Part shown: in pieces, positions 11,961 through 25,507 of the stretch
Layout of the letters: each line of letters opens with the position of its first letter
Numbering within the stretch: position 1 is the first letter of the stretch
Assembly: GCF_036321535.1 (NCBI RefSeq)
Contig: NC_087437.1
Span: 12,588,001-12,652,000, forward strand
Source: Camelus dromedarius
Lineage: Eukaryota
Length of the DNA: 64,000 nucleotides
Reading direction: 5' to 3'
Notes under the pieces: model-generated
Seen by the model: the letters and a program-made list of their open reading frames with translations, nothing else
Told to the model about the DNA's origin: nothing
Databases searched by the model: none
Program-made: the position numbers and the translations under genes

Positions 11961-14900
11961 CCAGTACCTGTGTCCACGTGCACTCCAGGGCTGGAGAAAA
12001 CTGTCAGAGAGAGGCAAGTATTAGCAGCTGGAGGTCGAGCTAGAATACACTAAAAAAGTCAAGGCCACAGGGATACAGGTACATATGTGGGGCACCAACC
12101 ATTGTGTGTTACAACTTGCATTGGAATTTGAAAATCTGAATGTAGTGAAATCATGGCACTGAGTAACTAAACAGGGTCCTTTAGAGGCAGCATGGTGGAT
12201 GGTTAGCCCAGGGACCAGGGCTGAGAGCCAGGAGGGGCAGGCAGGGGTCAGGATGTCATGGCACCATTGTCCACGTGAACAGTTGGACCTTAACCTGAGA
12301 AAAATGATAGTTCAGGAACTTTCCAACATGTTTCCTGAAGGCTTCTACAGAGAAGCCCCAAGACTCCTTGTAGGAAAGTCCCCAATCCATCCTCTCTTCA
12401 ACCAGAGCCACTCAGTTTTCTGTTTTCTATTCTCATAGATTTTCTAGGAGAAAGAGAAAAGATAGAGACACTAAAAGAAAAAAACCAAAACCACTTTCTT
12501 GACCTACGAATTATAAAAATTATGTATCGGAAATTTTTTCTGCCACATAGGAACTTGAGAGAGCAGAGAAGAGCTCATTTAATTTCCCTCAGGGTCTTGC
12601 TGAAGGGCCAAGAGCAAAATCTGGATTTAGTTGTGTTGGTAAAAATTATCTTCCTACCCAGAAAAATGTGAAAGTCTACATTGTTCAGCATCTTTGGGAC
12701 TTAGATTCATTTCAACGCAGGCTGGGAGGTGGGAGTGGGGAGGGGAGATGTTGAGCTGTTTAGTTTTAATGAAATGGTTAAGGCTGAAATAATGGTTCTA
12801 TATAGCTTTTGACATAATTTATTCTATTTTGTGTCAATTTGCCTGAAGAGTGTAATGTTGTGCGGGGGCAGAGCTGCAAAGGGCTCTCACCGAGTCATGG
12901 ATTATAATTTACATCTAGCAAGTCTACATATTCCATAATTATGGTATGCTATGAATTAGTAGAGTAATATTGAATATCTCCAGACCCCTTATTATGGCTT
13001 CTCACTTGAAATATGTTTTCAATATACATTTATTCAGCAGTGCTTAAACATGGCAAGTCATAAACACACGCTCTTTAAATCATGTGGCTACATTTTCTTC
13101 CTGCTTAAACGTAAGATCAGATGTTATTAACAGCAGAGGCGGGGGGCGGGGGTGGGTAATGAGAGAGGAGCTGTTAAAAAACAAATAGTATTTTTTATTT
13201 TAAAAGAAATGTCTTCTATTTATGATACTGTTTCCTCAAAGCAAAAGAGGAAAGAGTACTTAGAGGCTTTTGGTTGTTTCTCTGGTGACAATTTATTTTA
13301 TTTTTGTAGCACTTTGTCTCCTAAGAGCAATGTATCCTTGCAATCTGCTGTATATTATGTATATACTTGACCAACTGATTTGTTTAATAGATGCTCTCAG
13401 GCTAAGATCCAGGAAGAAGAGCTAAAGATCCACCTCTCAGATAATTAAGAACACTGTCCAAGTGGCTGGAGCCCGAAGAGACTTCCTATAACTGTCTCTA
13501 AAGTGAGAATTTACCTTCATTCTTGGTGGCAAGTTGCCCAGGCACTGAGCCACAGGATGAGGGAATTCCTCCCAGGGAATGTGATGAAGTATTTTGGAAA
13601 GAGTGGCCTTGCTCTCCAGGACATTTAAAGTTCACTTTAAAGGCTAGCCTCTCCAGGTCTCGCGCTGAACCTGCCTGAGTCCTTTGCTTGCAATTCTAGC
13701 ATGCTGACACCAGGTGGCGGGCTACACAGCTAGAGTTCCCTTCCGTGCAGCTAATGAATTGAAAGTGATTGAGGAATTAAGAGATTCTTTTTGAAAGCAT
13801 AACACTTGCTAAAAATGCTACAGAGGCTACCTCCACTTTCAGATCTAATGCATTCATTGTAAAGGCCATGTCAATATACACTAACGAAAAGCTGTATCTA
13901 TTTTTATAAATATATTGAGCACCATTATAATGTGATTTTATGGGGGGATCGTTACTGTGTTTATGTAAATATAATATGCTCTATACCACAACACAACAAA
14001 ATGTATCGAGTTCTGGATAGATAGTTGCCTTACTAACCTTGAGTAAGAAATCCTACAGATAAAATAAATATATTGGTATCAGGAAAAAACAGAAAGATTA
14101 TAATAGTACTACAGGAAATCTGAAACATTAAGACAATGGGCTGAGCTTCATGCCTGGTGAGCTGTCTGGCTCGTGGTTTGCTATTTCACAAGAGGACAGA
14201 CTAGTTTACTATTTTACATCTTGTGCTTTTGTTTTCCCATGGGTAGTACCAGCACAGGGAATGGAGGATAGTGATTGGATATGTTTTATTGGGTGAGTGG
14301 GAGGAGAGATTGCATTTTATATGTGAGCAAAGAAAGCAAGTACTTGCTTTGCAAATTATATGTCGAGGTTTCTACTTTTTCGGTTTGATTCTGCTCAGTC
14401 ATTGGCAGGAATCATAAAGTGATCTGACAGAAGGAGCAAAAAGTGCCCCACAGGGTTCTGGTAGATGGTGCTGAGTGAATGCCGAAAACAATTACACAGT
14501 TTGAGTTAAAAGCAAGGACTGTCTGATTAAAAAGTTATTGAGTTATATAATTACGAGCATGATTTAAAGAAGTATGAACTCCTGGGCAAAATTAAATGCC
14601 TTACTTCCTAACAGTTTAACGCTTCTGAACTGCTCTTTAATTAAGCCCTGGCTTCCTCTTGTGGGTAGTGACACTTACCCTGCTGAGTCTGCCAGCGCCC
14701 TTCCAGGGCTTCTCCGGGTTCCTCCATGGAAGCAAAGTCTAGTCCTCTCTTGTGTCTTGCATGCATCCTAATTTAAGAAATGCTTTCACCATGTGTCACT
14801 GGAAGAAACGCCCAGATTATGTTTTATTCAACTCAGCTCTAACTCCTTATAGTATTAAGGGTTCAGTTTATTCTTTCATAAGCTATCATCAGAAAGAAGG

Positions 14901-17900
14901 ATTCGGTCCACGTGAGTTGGAAACCCAGCTTCACCATTTGCTGGCCGTAAAACCTTGAGCAAATAACCCAGAACATTTGTAAATGAGAATAAAATAATAG
15001 CTACCTTGGAGGTAGAGAAGGTTGGACGGGAACCTGGTTCATAGTAAGTGCTCATCTCAGTACATGGTGGTTATTACTAATGGCACTCTTACTATTCATG
15101 ACGGGGTTTCAGTTACCTTTTCTGAATCTGAGGAGTACTCAGGATTCTTAAACTGTTTATACACTAAGTAAAAGCAGAGAAAGACCCTGCTGCACAGACC
15201 CTGCGGGAACACCGCACCTTCCCCTTCAGCGTCTGCGGCTTCAGCCCACAGCCAGGGCCCCTAGCAGTGGCTCTCCTGGGCCCCTCTGGTGCACTGTTTG
15301 CTGAACAAGCCTGTTTGGATGCAGACTTTTTCTTCTCAGAGGCCATATTTCTTTTCAAAGAAGATGGTATGAGCGTTCACAGTAACCGTGTTTCAGGTTT
15401 GTGTTTTGTTTTATGGGAAGAGGCCTTACGTGCTGACATTGGGGTCGGCACCTCAGAGGTGATCGCTGTTAACTGGCAGGCTCTGAAAACTTGAAGAAGT
15501 TCCTGCTTCTGCGCTGGGTGGGGTCGGGGGTGCCCTGTGAAGCCCCACAAAGACTCCTCCGTCAGGAGGGCCCCGCTGTGACCCTCGGAGGCCTAGACCC
15601 TATTCCGAATGTGTGCCAAAAACGTGTGTGAGACGGCCCCACGTGGATGTGGCTGTGGGCCCTTGGGGTGATGTCAGAGAGGCCCCCACCGTGGGCTGCC
15701 GAGGGGTCTGGCCGAGCTGGCGCTTCTGGCCGTGACCCTGGGCAGATAAGCTCTCCGTGCCTCAGCATCCTTGTCTCTAAAGTGGGAGAGATGGTGAGAG
15801 TTCCTCCCTCACTAGGCTCCGTGCAAAAGAAATGAGTCATATCTAGTAGTGCTTGAAGGCGCGGGGCCCCGGGGAAGCCGTCCGTAAATGTCAGCCAGGG
15901 AGGGGGCAACTGAAGGTGATGACAGTGACCCCAGGGTCCCCATCCACCCTCACCCCCACCACACAAAACTATCTTTTCTTCCTACCTGCTGGTTCACCCA
16001 CGTGTTAGGGTTGATGGGAACACACACACAAAACCATCTAATCTCATTTTACGGACAAGAAGCTAAGGCCAAGAGTGGTTGTGGCCTTTCTAAAGTCACA
16101 CAGCTGGTTAAGGACAAACAGCAGGCCCGCAGCTGTGACCACAGAATTCCAGTCTAGCGCTAATGACAGCGGCATGCCATGTTCCCCCTGGAATAAGGAA
16201 TTTTAAGTGTAACTGCCCAGGATGGCTTAGCAAGTCCAGTGTCTTCCACCTGGGAGCTTAAATGGAAGTTAGGTAATACCAGTTCATTCCAGCCAGCCTT
16301 ATAGCAAATCCCAAGAGCGGGAAAAGACAAATTGGAATTGAGACATTTAGAGAATGGAAAAATGTTCCAAGTCAAACCATCCCTCACAAAGTGGAGGGCA
16401 AAAAACTAGGTGACATGTATGATTTCAAAGCAATCATGGATTTTTTAAATCTCTGGGCTCTAGGGAATATGAGAAATTTAGTCTGGTTTCACTACACAAG
16501 TTAAACTGCAGTGAAAAATAAAATGCAGAAGGGTTGCTGATCTGAACAAGTGGGGCTGGATACTTCTGGAAGAAATACTATCTCGTTGGTAGAGAGAGGC
16601 CTCGGGGTGAGGTTTGTGAGGTGATGGTGGGGAGTTTTATGAGCTGCTGAGCGTTTCCACGAAACAAGAACTTTAGAAGCCCTAGGAAAAAAAGTTGGGG
16701 AGCTTTCCAGTGAAATCTTGGGTTGGGAAAGAAAATAAACCCACAGTTTGCTAAACAAGATGGCAGATCCAGTTCAGACAAACGGAGTAAGAGCCTCGGT
16801 TCCCAGTATTGCAAGAAAAACTCGTCAGAGGCCTCCCTGGGGAGCCCAGGATGGAGGCCCTGACTCAGGGCCCTCTGCGGCTTGCTGCGGGGAGGGGTCT
16901 CCTGCAGTTGGAGGTAGGAGGGGGTGGCCTGGAGCCGAGTCAGGAAGAGACCCCAAACCCTTTGGGGCAGAGGGAGTCGAGTGTGTTTTGGCCTAGTGGA
17001 CAGGAGGGAGGCTGGTCAGGAGAGGCTTGTTAGCACAAAAGCAGCTGAAAGCAAGAAGCATCTGGAAAGGGCCATTTAATGCTTTAAACTCACGCCAAGC
17101 TAATTGAGTCATGTGAGCGTATGTGCTTGTAAATTATTTCAACTGTGCGTAGTTCGTCCCCCGAGATCACCTTCCCCTGCAGCTCAAGACTGGTCGTGTG
17201 TGTGAACAGGCTCTGAGCGGGCTGGAACTCATGTGTGTGTGTGCGTGCGTGTGTGTGAGTGTGTGTGCGCGCACTCAGGGGTTATTGATTACAGTCTGCA
17301 TTTCCAGGACTGTGCGCTGACCGAGTCGATGTCCACAATCTATTCCTTTACGCGGCAGGTGTTATCATTCCCCCCTTGCAGATGGAGACATTGAGGCTGT
17401 TGCGAGCTGTTTGGTGGCAGCGTTCTTAACTCCTAACCTTCTGTTGCCATATCATGAATGCTTGTGACTAAGGGGACTGTCTGGATGAGCGTGCATTTCT
17501 GAGCTCTCTTATCAAAAGGACCTCTACCGTCGGCCCAAACTTGGGTGCTGATGTCATGCGACGGACGAAGCCCTTCTCCAAAGCCTAGAGCAGACCCCTT
17601 GAGTTCACCGAGCTGGGCTGACAGTTTTTACCACAATCAGAATGAAGCCTCTTGCCATTCTTCACGCAGGACTCGCCCCCAACCCCGATCTCCCTCCCCT
17701 TTGCTCTCACGACAGCTCCCGAGATCTCAGCCGGCCGATTATGTTTCTGCATGAAAGTCCGAGAATCTAGGTCAGTTTATCCAAGTAGAAAGTGTTATTT
17801 TATTGAGTTAGCTCTGTGCAAACTGCTGCCTCAGTGCTTTGTAGAAGCAGAATCCCTCGTGTCTGGGGCATGTTCCCCGGCAGTTTCCAGAGGCCTCCAG

Positions 17901-18344
17901 GTAATCACTTAGATTTAAAATCAACGTTGAAAACCCATCTTTTTACAGAAATGGTGGCTCCCGGTAACAAGTGTCTGTCTTTTTAACTGTTTTGTCAGAC
18001 TCTAAGTCAACTCAGCCTCTTTGTGAAGAGACTTTGAGTATCGGGATGGCCGAGGCCACTGCATCAAAGTCCAGAAAAATGGGAGTGACTGGCCAGAAGG
18101 GGAGATGGACCCATCTCTTGATGTGGAATTTCCTTGTTACTCTCATAATCTGACCCAGTAAATATATTTAAACCCAAACTGTTTATCAGAAGAGGAAGGG
18201 ATCTTTTTGGTGGCTGAACACCATTTCGAGTTCTGCTATCTTCCCATCAGGGTTTTAAATGTCTTATAAATGTGTTTTTTTTATTACGTTTTCACCTTAC
18301 AATAATGCTGTTTTATAATTTTCAACTTTTCAACATTTTAGAGT

Positions 18345-18630
18345 AGAGTTACTCAAAGTATGGTTTGGGGACTAGAGCGGTGGTGAACTGTTAACAGACT
18401 GAAAAGGAAGGTATGTACAGACGTGAGGAACAGACATTTAGAAACTGGTAGCAACTTGATATTGCTGTAACATCCAGGCAGCATTTCATTTATCTAGAGA
18501 TCATTTCTCTAGTGATCTTTATCGTGTTTTTATAAACGGATTTGTCTATCGTGGATGAGAAATGGATGAAACAAAAAAAACATAAAACAAAAATCCTGGT
18601 CCTTCCCCATGGATAGTTTGAGAAAAACTG
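18345..18630. mobile_element. hAT-Charlie-type MITE relic
   Basis: Imperfect inverted termini 'tagagttactcaaagt' ... 'agtttgagaaaaactg'. Confidence 0.5.
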
Positions 18631-18656
18631 TTGTCACAGCATCCATCCTCTCATTT

Positions 18657-19110
18657 TTTTTTTGACACCTTAATTGTGGTATGAATCCTGTACAGTAAAC
18701 TACGCATATTTCGTATGTACAATTTGATGAATTTTGATAGATGTATACACCAATGAAACCACCACCACAATCAAGATAGCTACCATTTCCATCACTCCCC
18801 AAGAGGTGCAATTTTCAAATTCCCAATTTCTCCTTTCCCACCCCCTTTAACCCCAATAACCATAAGTTTGTTCTCTATATCTATGTGTCTGTTTCTGCTT
18901 TGTAGACAAGTTCATTTGTGTCTTTTTTTTAGATTCCACATATAAGCAACATCATAAGGCATTTTTCTTTCTCTTTCTGGCTTATTTCACTGAGAATGAT
19001 GATCTCCAGGTCCATCCATGTTGCTGCAAATGGCATTATTTTATTATTTTTATGGGTGAGTAGTATTCCATGGTCTAAATACACCACAGCTTCTCTGTCC
19101 AGTCATCTGT
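18657..19110 (-). mobile_element. TSD-flanked chimeric L1 insertion (young L1 ORF2-end/3' UTR fused to an ancient L1M-type 3' end)
   Basis: Perfect 17-bp TSD CATCCATCCTCTCATTT at 18640-18656 and 19111-19127. Poly-T at the left end. The two parts join near 18807-18810. Confidence 0.8.
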
Positions 19111-19351
19111 CATCCATCCTCTCATTTGATGCTGCCTCCAGTTTTGTGAAGGAGATAGGGATTGTGTTTTAAGCCCCATTTTTACCAGTGAATAAACCCA
19201 GGCTCAGAGAGGTGAAAGCAGCTGGCCTGTCACATGTGAGCTGTCTCCATCCAGGGCTTCTTACCTGAAGCCAACAGTTTTCCAAGATACCATTCTGCTA
19301 ATCACAAGCTAGTGAAACAAGCTCATCTGCAAATACTGTTGCCTAAGCTCC

Positions 19352-19476
19352 TTTTGGGGGTGGGAGGGCAGAAGGTAATTAGGTTTATTTATTTATGTTC
19401 ACAGAGGTACTGGGGGTTGAACCCAGGACCTCATGCCTGCTAGGCATGCACTCTGCCACTGAGCTGTACCCTCCCC
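19352..19476 (-). mobile_element. tRNA-Ala-derived SINE (Vic-1-like, camelid)
   Basis: Minus strand reads GGGGAGGGTACAGCTCAGTGGCAGAGTGCATGCCTAGCAGGCATGAGGTCCTGGGTTCAACCCCCAGTACCTC, with A box at 19456-19466 and B box at ~19414-19423, followed by the tail 'aaataaataaacctaattacc'. Confidence 0.85.
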
Positions 19477-21079
19477 TCCCCTCCCCACCCGCTAAACTTT
19501 TTTAAAGGAGGTATCTCTGTGTACGCTTGACCTCGTATGATCTATCAGCAGATAACCTTTGATAACATTTGAGTTCTGCAAATTCATAAAACCGTTTAGA
19601 ACGCAATAGACTGGCCAGTTCCGTGTATTTTCCCAGGGAAGGTCGAGGTTTGAAGGCATCCCTCTGGGTCTGTGCAGCCCTCGGCGCTGACCTCCCAGCG
19701 GGCAGCCTGGGCGCCCTGGGAGGATGTATCCTGGCAGCTAGCATTCTGTTTGGGGGCAGCAGGGACAGTGAGAAACCCCTTCTTCATGTCAGGCTCACCT
19801 CTACCTCTTTCTTACCTGTTTGCCCTGGAACTTCCCCCACCTGAGTCCCTGAGGATAAGTCCCAGTACTTGGTCACAGGCACTGCACCCCTTCTGAACCT
19901 TCTTCCCCACCCCGAGCCAGTATCTCCGGTGTTTTCAGTGGTTCCTCGTATGGTATGGCCTCGGTGCCCCACCTTCAGTCTTACCATCCTCCTCACCCTT
20001 ACTCTTCATCCTTTTTTGAGTCAAGGTCCATCCTAAAATGGGTGAGTCCCCCCAAAATGACCCTGGCATCCCAGAGGTGGTCTGTCCAGAGTATAGGAAA
20101 ATAATCATCTCCCTCAGCCCACACGCTGTATTTATTGCAATGCCATCTAAGACTGCATCACCTATTTTGCAGCCAGGTCACATCCCTGTCTTGTAAGAGA
20201 TAAAAATGCTAAGTGTCTTTAATAGGAACACCTTCACTGGGCAGGTTAGTCTCTGTACCGGCCCACTGATTTACTCATTAATCGAGTCCTTCTTTCACCC
20301 CCATCCCACTGAGCAGCCAGCCAGCCAACCAGTGGAATTTTGTTAAGATCTGCTTCAGGATTTTAATCCTATAATTTTATTTTGAGAAGAAATCGTGGTC
20401 AGTGGAAGGAAAGCGGTTTAGGCCTTTTAATCCTCCCAGGTAATTTGCTCCGGAGCCTCAGTGTCTGGGCACCAGCTCTCTGGTCTACCCCTCAGGGCAA
20501 GGTTAGCCAGTTAACAAAGTCCCAGGTGCCTGCGGACTCTAGAATCTGAGTTTAACCACCAAGGTTCCCAAGGGGACACCTCATTGGTTTCAGCTGCCTC
20601 CCTAATCCCCTTCCCTTTAAGAATTGTTGATCACAGAGGTCTCTTTGCGGTGGCCTTTGTGACATCTGTTTCCATAATGTTCAGATGCACAGATGAGTTT
20701 AGCCAGCACCCCAGCCTCCGACGGCATGGCCACAGCGTCCCAGGACCATACCAGGCATTTTATCTGGGCTGCCCCAGGCGGCCAGGGATGGAAGAGGAAT
20801 GGGAGGGAGGTCATTAACATGATCGTTTTACATGTCGTAATAAGCCTGCATGACTTCTGTAATTAAGAAAAGTAATAACAGAAGAGATTAAAGAGAGAAG
20901 AAAGAAATCACCCTCCTCGCATGTTGGCTTGAGTTCAGTTCCTAGTGGACCCTCCTCCTCCTGCCTGACTTGCTCACAACCCACTCACTTCCTAACTCCT
21001 TGCATTCCTGCCTCTATTCCAACCACCCTACAGAGGGAAGAAAAAAACACTTTTTTCAAAATTTATTAATGACCTGATT

Positions 21080-21305
21080 CAGAGGTCAGCAAACTACAGT
21101 CCATGGGCCAACTCCAGTAGGTCACCTGGATTTACAAATAAAGTTTTATTGGGATGCTGCTGTGGCCACTTGTTTATACTGATTCCCTACGGCTGCTTTC
21201 CCAATACAACCACAGGGTTGAGTCCTTGGGACAGAGGCCAGGCGGCACACAAAGCCTGAAATATTTACTGTCTGGTTCTTTACAAAAATCAGTTTACTGA
21301 CCCCA
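21080..21305. mobile_element. MER58A-like hAT-Charlie MITE
   Basis: CAGAGGTCAGCAAACTAC ... 'aaataaagttttattgg' ... 'acaaagcctgaaatatttactgtctggttctttaca' ... 'gtttactgacccc'. Homologous to 517-750. Confidence 0.85.
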
Positions 21306-21407
21306 TCCTGTATTAATAAATCCATAGGTCTCGCCCCCACTGGTCCTGAATTCCTTCTCACTCTCCTTGCCTCTCGGCTGCCGTCGGCTCTCATGACCAC
21401 CATTCTT

Positions 21408-23085
21408 CTTTTTAATTGAAGTATAATTGATTTAAAGTATTGTGTTAGTTTCTGGAATACAGCAAAGCTATTCAGTTTTATATATATTCTTTTCCAGATT
21501 CTTTTCCATTAGACGTTATTATAAGATACTGAATATAGTTCCCTGTGCTCTACAGTAGGACTTTGTTGTTTATCTATTTTATATGTAGTAGTGTGTATCT
21601 GTTAATCCCAAACTCCTGATTTATCCCTCCCTGCCACCTTTCTCCTTTGGTAACTATAAATTTGTTTTCTATGTCTGTGAGTCTGTTTCTATTTTGTAAA
21701 TAAATTCATTTGTATCCTTTTTTAAGCTTCCACATATGAGTGATATCATATGATATTTGTCTTTATCTGACTTACTTTACTTAGTATGATCATCTCTAGG
21801 TCCATTCATGTTGCTACAAATAGCATTATTTCATTCTTTTTATGGCTGAGGAGTATTCCATTGTATAAATATACCACAGCTTCTTTATCCAGTCGTCTGT
21901 CAATGGACATTCAGGTTGCTTTCATGGCTTGGCTATTATAAATAGTGCTGCTATGAATATTGGGGTGCATGTGTCTTTTCAAATTAGAGTTTTCATTTTT
22001 TTCTGGGTATATGCCTAGGAATGGGATTGCTGGATCACATGGCAACTCTAGTTTGTAAAGGAACCTCCATACTGTTCTCTATAGTGGCTGCACCAATTTA
22101 CATTCCCATCAACAATGCAGGAAGATTCCTTTTTCTCTACACCCTCTCCAGCATTTATTATTTGTAGACTTGATGATGGCTATTCTGACTGGTGTAAGGT
22201 GATATCTCATTGTAGTTTTGATTTGCATTTCTCTAATAATTAACAATGTTGAGCGTCTTTTTGTGTGCCTGCTGTCCATCTGGATGTCTTCTTTAGAGAA
22301 ATGTCTATTTAGGTCTTCTGCCCATTTTTGGATTGGGCTGTTTGTTTTTTTGTTACTGGGCTGTATGAGCTGTTTGCATATTTTGAAAAGTAATCCCTTG
22401 TCAGTTGCATCATTTGCAAAGATTTTCTCTCATTCCGTAAGTTGTCTTTTCATTTTGTTTATGGTTTCCTTTGCTGTTCAAAAGCTTTTAAGTTTAATTA
22501 GGTCCCATTTGTTTATTTTTTATTTTATTTCCATTACTCTAGGAGATGAATGCAAAGAAATATATTGCCTGCAATTTATGTCAAACAGTGTTCTGCCTAT
22601 GTTTTCCTTTAGGAGTTTTATAGTATTAGATCTTACATTTAGGTCTTCAGTCCATTCGGAGTTTATTTTTGTATATGGTTTCAGAGAATGTTCTAATTGC
22701 ATTCTTTCACGTGTAACTCTCTAGTCTTCCCAGCACCACTTACTGAAGAGACTCTCTTTTCTCCCCTGTATATCCTTGCCTCCTTTGTTGTAGATTAATT
22801 GACCATAAGTGTGTGGGCTTATTTCTGGAATTTCTGTCATGTTCCATTGATCTGTGTGTCTGTTTTTGTGCCAGTACCATACTGTTTTGATTACTGTAAC
22901 TTTGTAATACAGTCTGAAGTCAGGAAGCATGGTTCCTCCAGCTCTGTTCTTCTTTCTCAAGATTGCTTTGGCCATTCAGGGTATTTTGTGTTTCCATACA
23001 AATTAAAAAATTTTTTATTCCAGTTCTATGAAAACTGCTATTGGTAATCTGATAGGGATTGCAATGAATCTATAGATCATATGAT
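21408..23085 (-). mobile_element. 5'-truncated L1 (~1.7 kb; ORF2 C-terminus plus 3' UTR), decayed
   Basis: ORF fragments [32 protein letters not shown] and [13 protein letters not shown] match L1 ORF2p. TSD TCATGACCACCATTCTT (21391-21407) / TCATGACCACCTTTCTT (23086-23102). Confidence 0.95.
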
Positions 23086-24629
23086 TCATGACCACCTTTC
23101 TTGACAATGTCTTCCCTCCCCTGGTGACAGCAAAGCTTCACTTTCCTCTTCTTGTCTCCCTGATCACACTTTTTTTGTCTTCCAAGCTGACCCTTACTTC
23201 AACTGTAAACATGCACAGAGACATAGGAGTCTATCTTTTGGTTCAGTCTTGCCTCCCTGGTGCCTAGAACAGTGCCTGGTGCATGTCTGTGGTGTGTGGA
23301 TGAGCGAGCCTAGCTCTGTCTGGTGGGACATTGGACCAGAGCTCTCTTCTTACATCACCTTGTGGAAACATCCTGTTTGGACCTCACAGGCGAACAGGTG
23401 ATCCAGTGCGGTCCCCAGAGGAGAGTTTAGCTTTGGAATCATGAACATTTCACTGTATACAGCCAAGACCCTGGAACTTTTAGAAATTACTTTCCATTTC
23501 CTTGGCCCCAGACTTGAGCCCTAATTCTGACTTGTTACGGCTGTGATGCGTGAAGGTAGTGGCGCTTCTGTAAATCTTCTACTCGTCTAATTTGGCCCAC
23601 TCTCGGCGCACCCAAGGGAAAGTAGCCGAGATCTGGTAAGGGTCACAAGGAGAGTAAGTGGAACAAACAAGGATGTCACAGAATAGTTCTCCTCCACAGA
23701 CTCCCAGCCCCTCTCTGGCCAGCGCCATGGTACTGGATAAGGACTCTGCCACGCACTTGGTGGAAGGTGGCTGTTTTTCCTCCAGTGTTTACATGGCTGA
23801 CTTAGCTCATGTTTGTCAAATTATCATCTAAGGAAGGAATGAAGAGAGGGAGGGAAGGAATGAAAAAGAAAAGAAAACAGAGGATAATTTAACACTTTTA
23901 TCATCAAGCTCAGGTTTAGCAAAGAGGTTTTATTTTCCATGCTAGTGCTGGTCGGTAGCTAGTGGTTTCTGGGATCTGCTTGCATTGCTGTGTTGAGAAG
24001 GATTCTGAGGCTGTGTCAGGTTCAGTTCAATGAGAGAACGAGCTATAATCAATTTGAGATGCCTATCTTGGGTGTGAAAGAAGGGGGTTGTGGCTTGCAG
24101 GCCATGTTTTCCACCACACTTTTAGGCCATTAAAGCAATGTCTACAAAGCCTTTTCCAAAATTACGTGAATGGAACATTAGGCTGCCTGCCTTTGCTGCC
24201 ACCATCTTCCTTTTTCTAGCATTTTTGAAGCCGTCTGCCTTCTCCTTTAAACTACTAAAATTCAATCTTTCATCCATGTAACAAAGCATTTTACCACAGG
24301 AACTGGGGATACATATAATGGCCAAAGATGTATGTGGTCTTCCAATTATTTACTGGTAATCTTCAATAATTAAGCTACATTCATTGAATACATCAGCATA
24401 AAATACCAAAACAAGGGGTTTCGTGTTGGGGGTCAGTGAAATAGAAGGCAGTTCTCTGGAGAGTCTTAGCTGGTCCAGGATGAAGCTTCAGTTCTTCCAA
24501 ACTAGATGCTCATTTTGGGCTAAACCCAAATGTGCACCTGTGAAGTCAAAACAGGGCTTTTCAGGGGGTACCTTTGCCCTCGTAGTGAGGTTGCACCTAA
24601 GGAAGAATTTCATCCAGATTCAGCAGGAT

Positions 24630-25050
24630 TCATTCCTTTATTCATTCCACAATCCTTGGTTGGATGCCTGCTGTGCACCACACAACATCTAGACACTGGG
24701 CATCCAGACAGAAATCCCTGCCCTAAGCGAGCTGCCATTCTAGTGGGAGGAAACAGGCAGTAATGCATGTATAAATATATACTGAGTTCATCAGCGGTAA
24801 ATACTAGTGAGAAAAATAAGGGAGGCATGGGGAAAAGTGAGCCTTGAACAGGCACTGGAGGGGAGTGTTTGCTGTTTGGGAAGCAGAGCCAGCAGGAGGG
24901 AGGAAGCCCACCCTCTGGACGTCTACGGGAAGAGCATCCCTGGCACGAGAACCTGCAGGTACCAAGGCCCTGGAGTAGTCAGGGACCAGCAGAGAGGCCA
25001 GGGCAGCAGGAATAGGAGGAGTCAGAGAGGTAACAAGAGGACAGAGTGAA
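24630..25050. mobile_element. L2 fragment
   Basis: 'cattcctttattcattccacaa...tgcctgctgtgcacca...aatccctgccct...ttctagtgggagga...gggaagagcatccctggca...caaggccctg'. Confidence 0.7.
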
Positions 25051-25102
25051 CAGAGAGACGCAGTTCAAATCATTGTATTTCTGTTCCTGAGCCTAGAAAA
25101 AA

Positions 25103-25104
<2 letters not shown>

Positions 25105-25190
<86 letters not shown>

Positions 25191-25202
25191 CACAAATATA
25201 TA
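25105..25202. repeat. Compound (TA)n/(CA)n microsatellite
   Basis: Direct reading of the sequence. Confidence 0.95.
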
Positions 25203-25507
25203 AAATCTTGGAAATTTTGACCATCTGTCCATTGATTGGAAACTTTATCTCTAGAGATACAGCAAATATCATCCTCCGTGGAGGGAACAGTGATGGCTCT
25301 GTTCTGGATGGGCAAATATGGGCAAATGCCTGTGCTCTGTGATGGAGGAGTTTCAGAGGATAAAATAGAAATAACAAGAGTTTTCTCTCCCGTGTTCTCT
25401 TCGTATTTAAACCAGCTAAGAGTGCCTCTCTTGTTCTTCCATATCTCTTTCATCTTGACTATTTCCCTAGTTTTCTTTTCTTCTCCCCATAATTTTCTGT
25501 GGGCATA

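Noticed and set aside
19405..19476. Possible tRNA-Ala gene
   Set aside because: Mismatched stems and a SINE tail indicate a tRNA-derived SINE.
24018..24030. GGTTCAGTTCA as a RARE
   Set aside because: The half-sites overlap and match no DR1/2/5 spacing. I found no perfect DR5 in the window by eye.
25070..25453. ORFs with YIYI/CVCV/THTH runs (also near 38000, 38750 and 52340)
   Set aside because: Translations of dinucleotide microsatellites.
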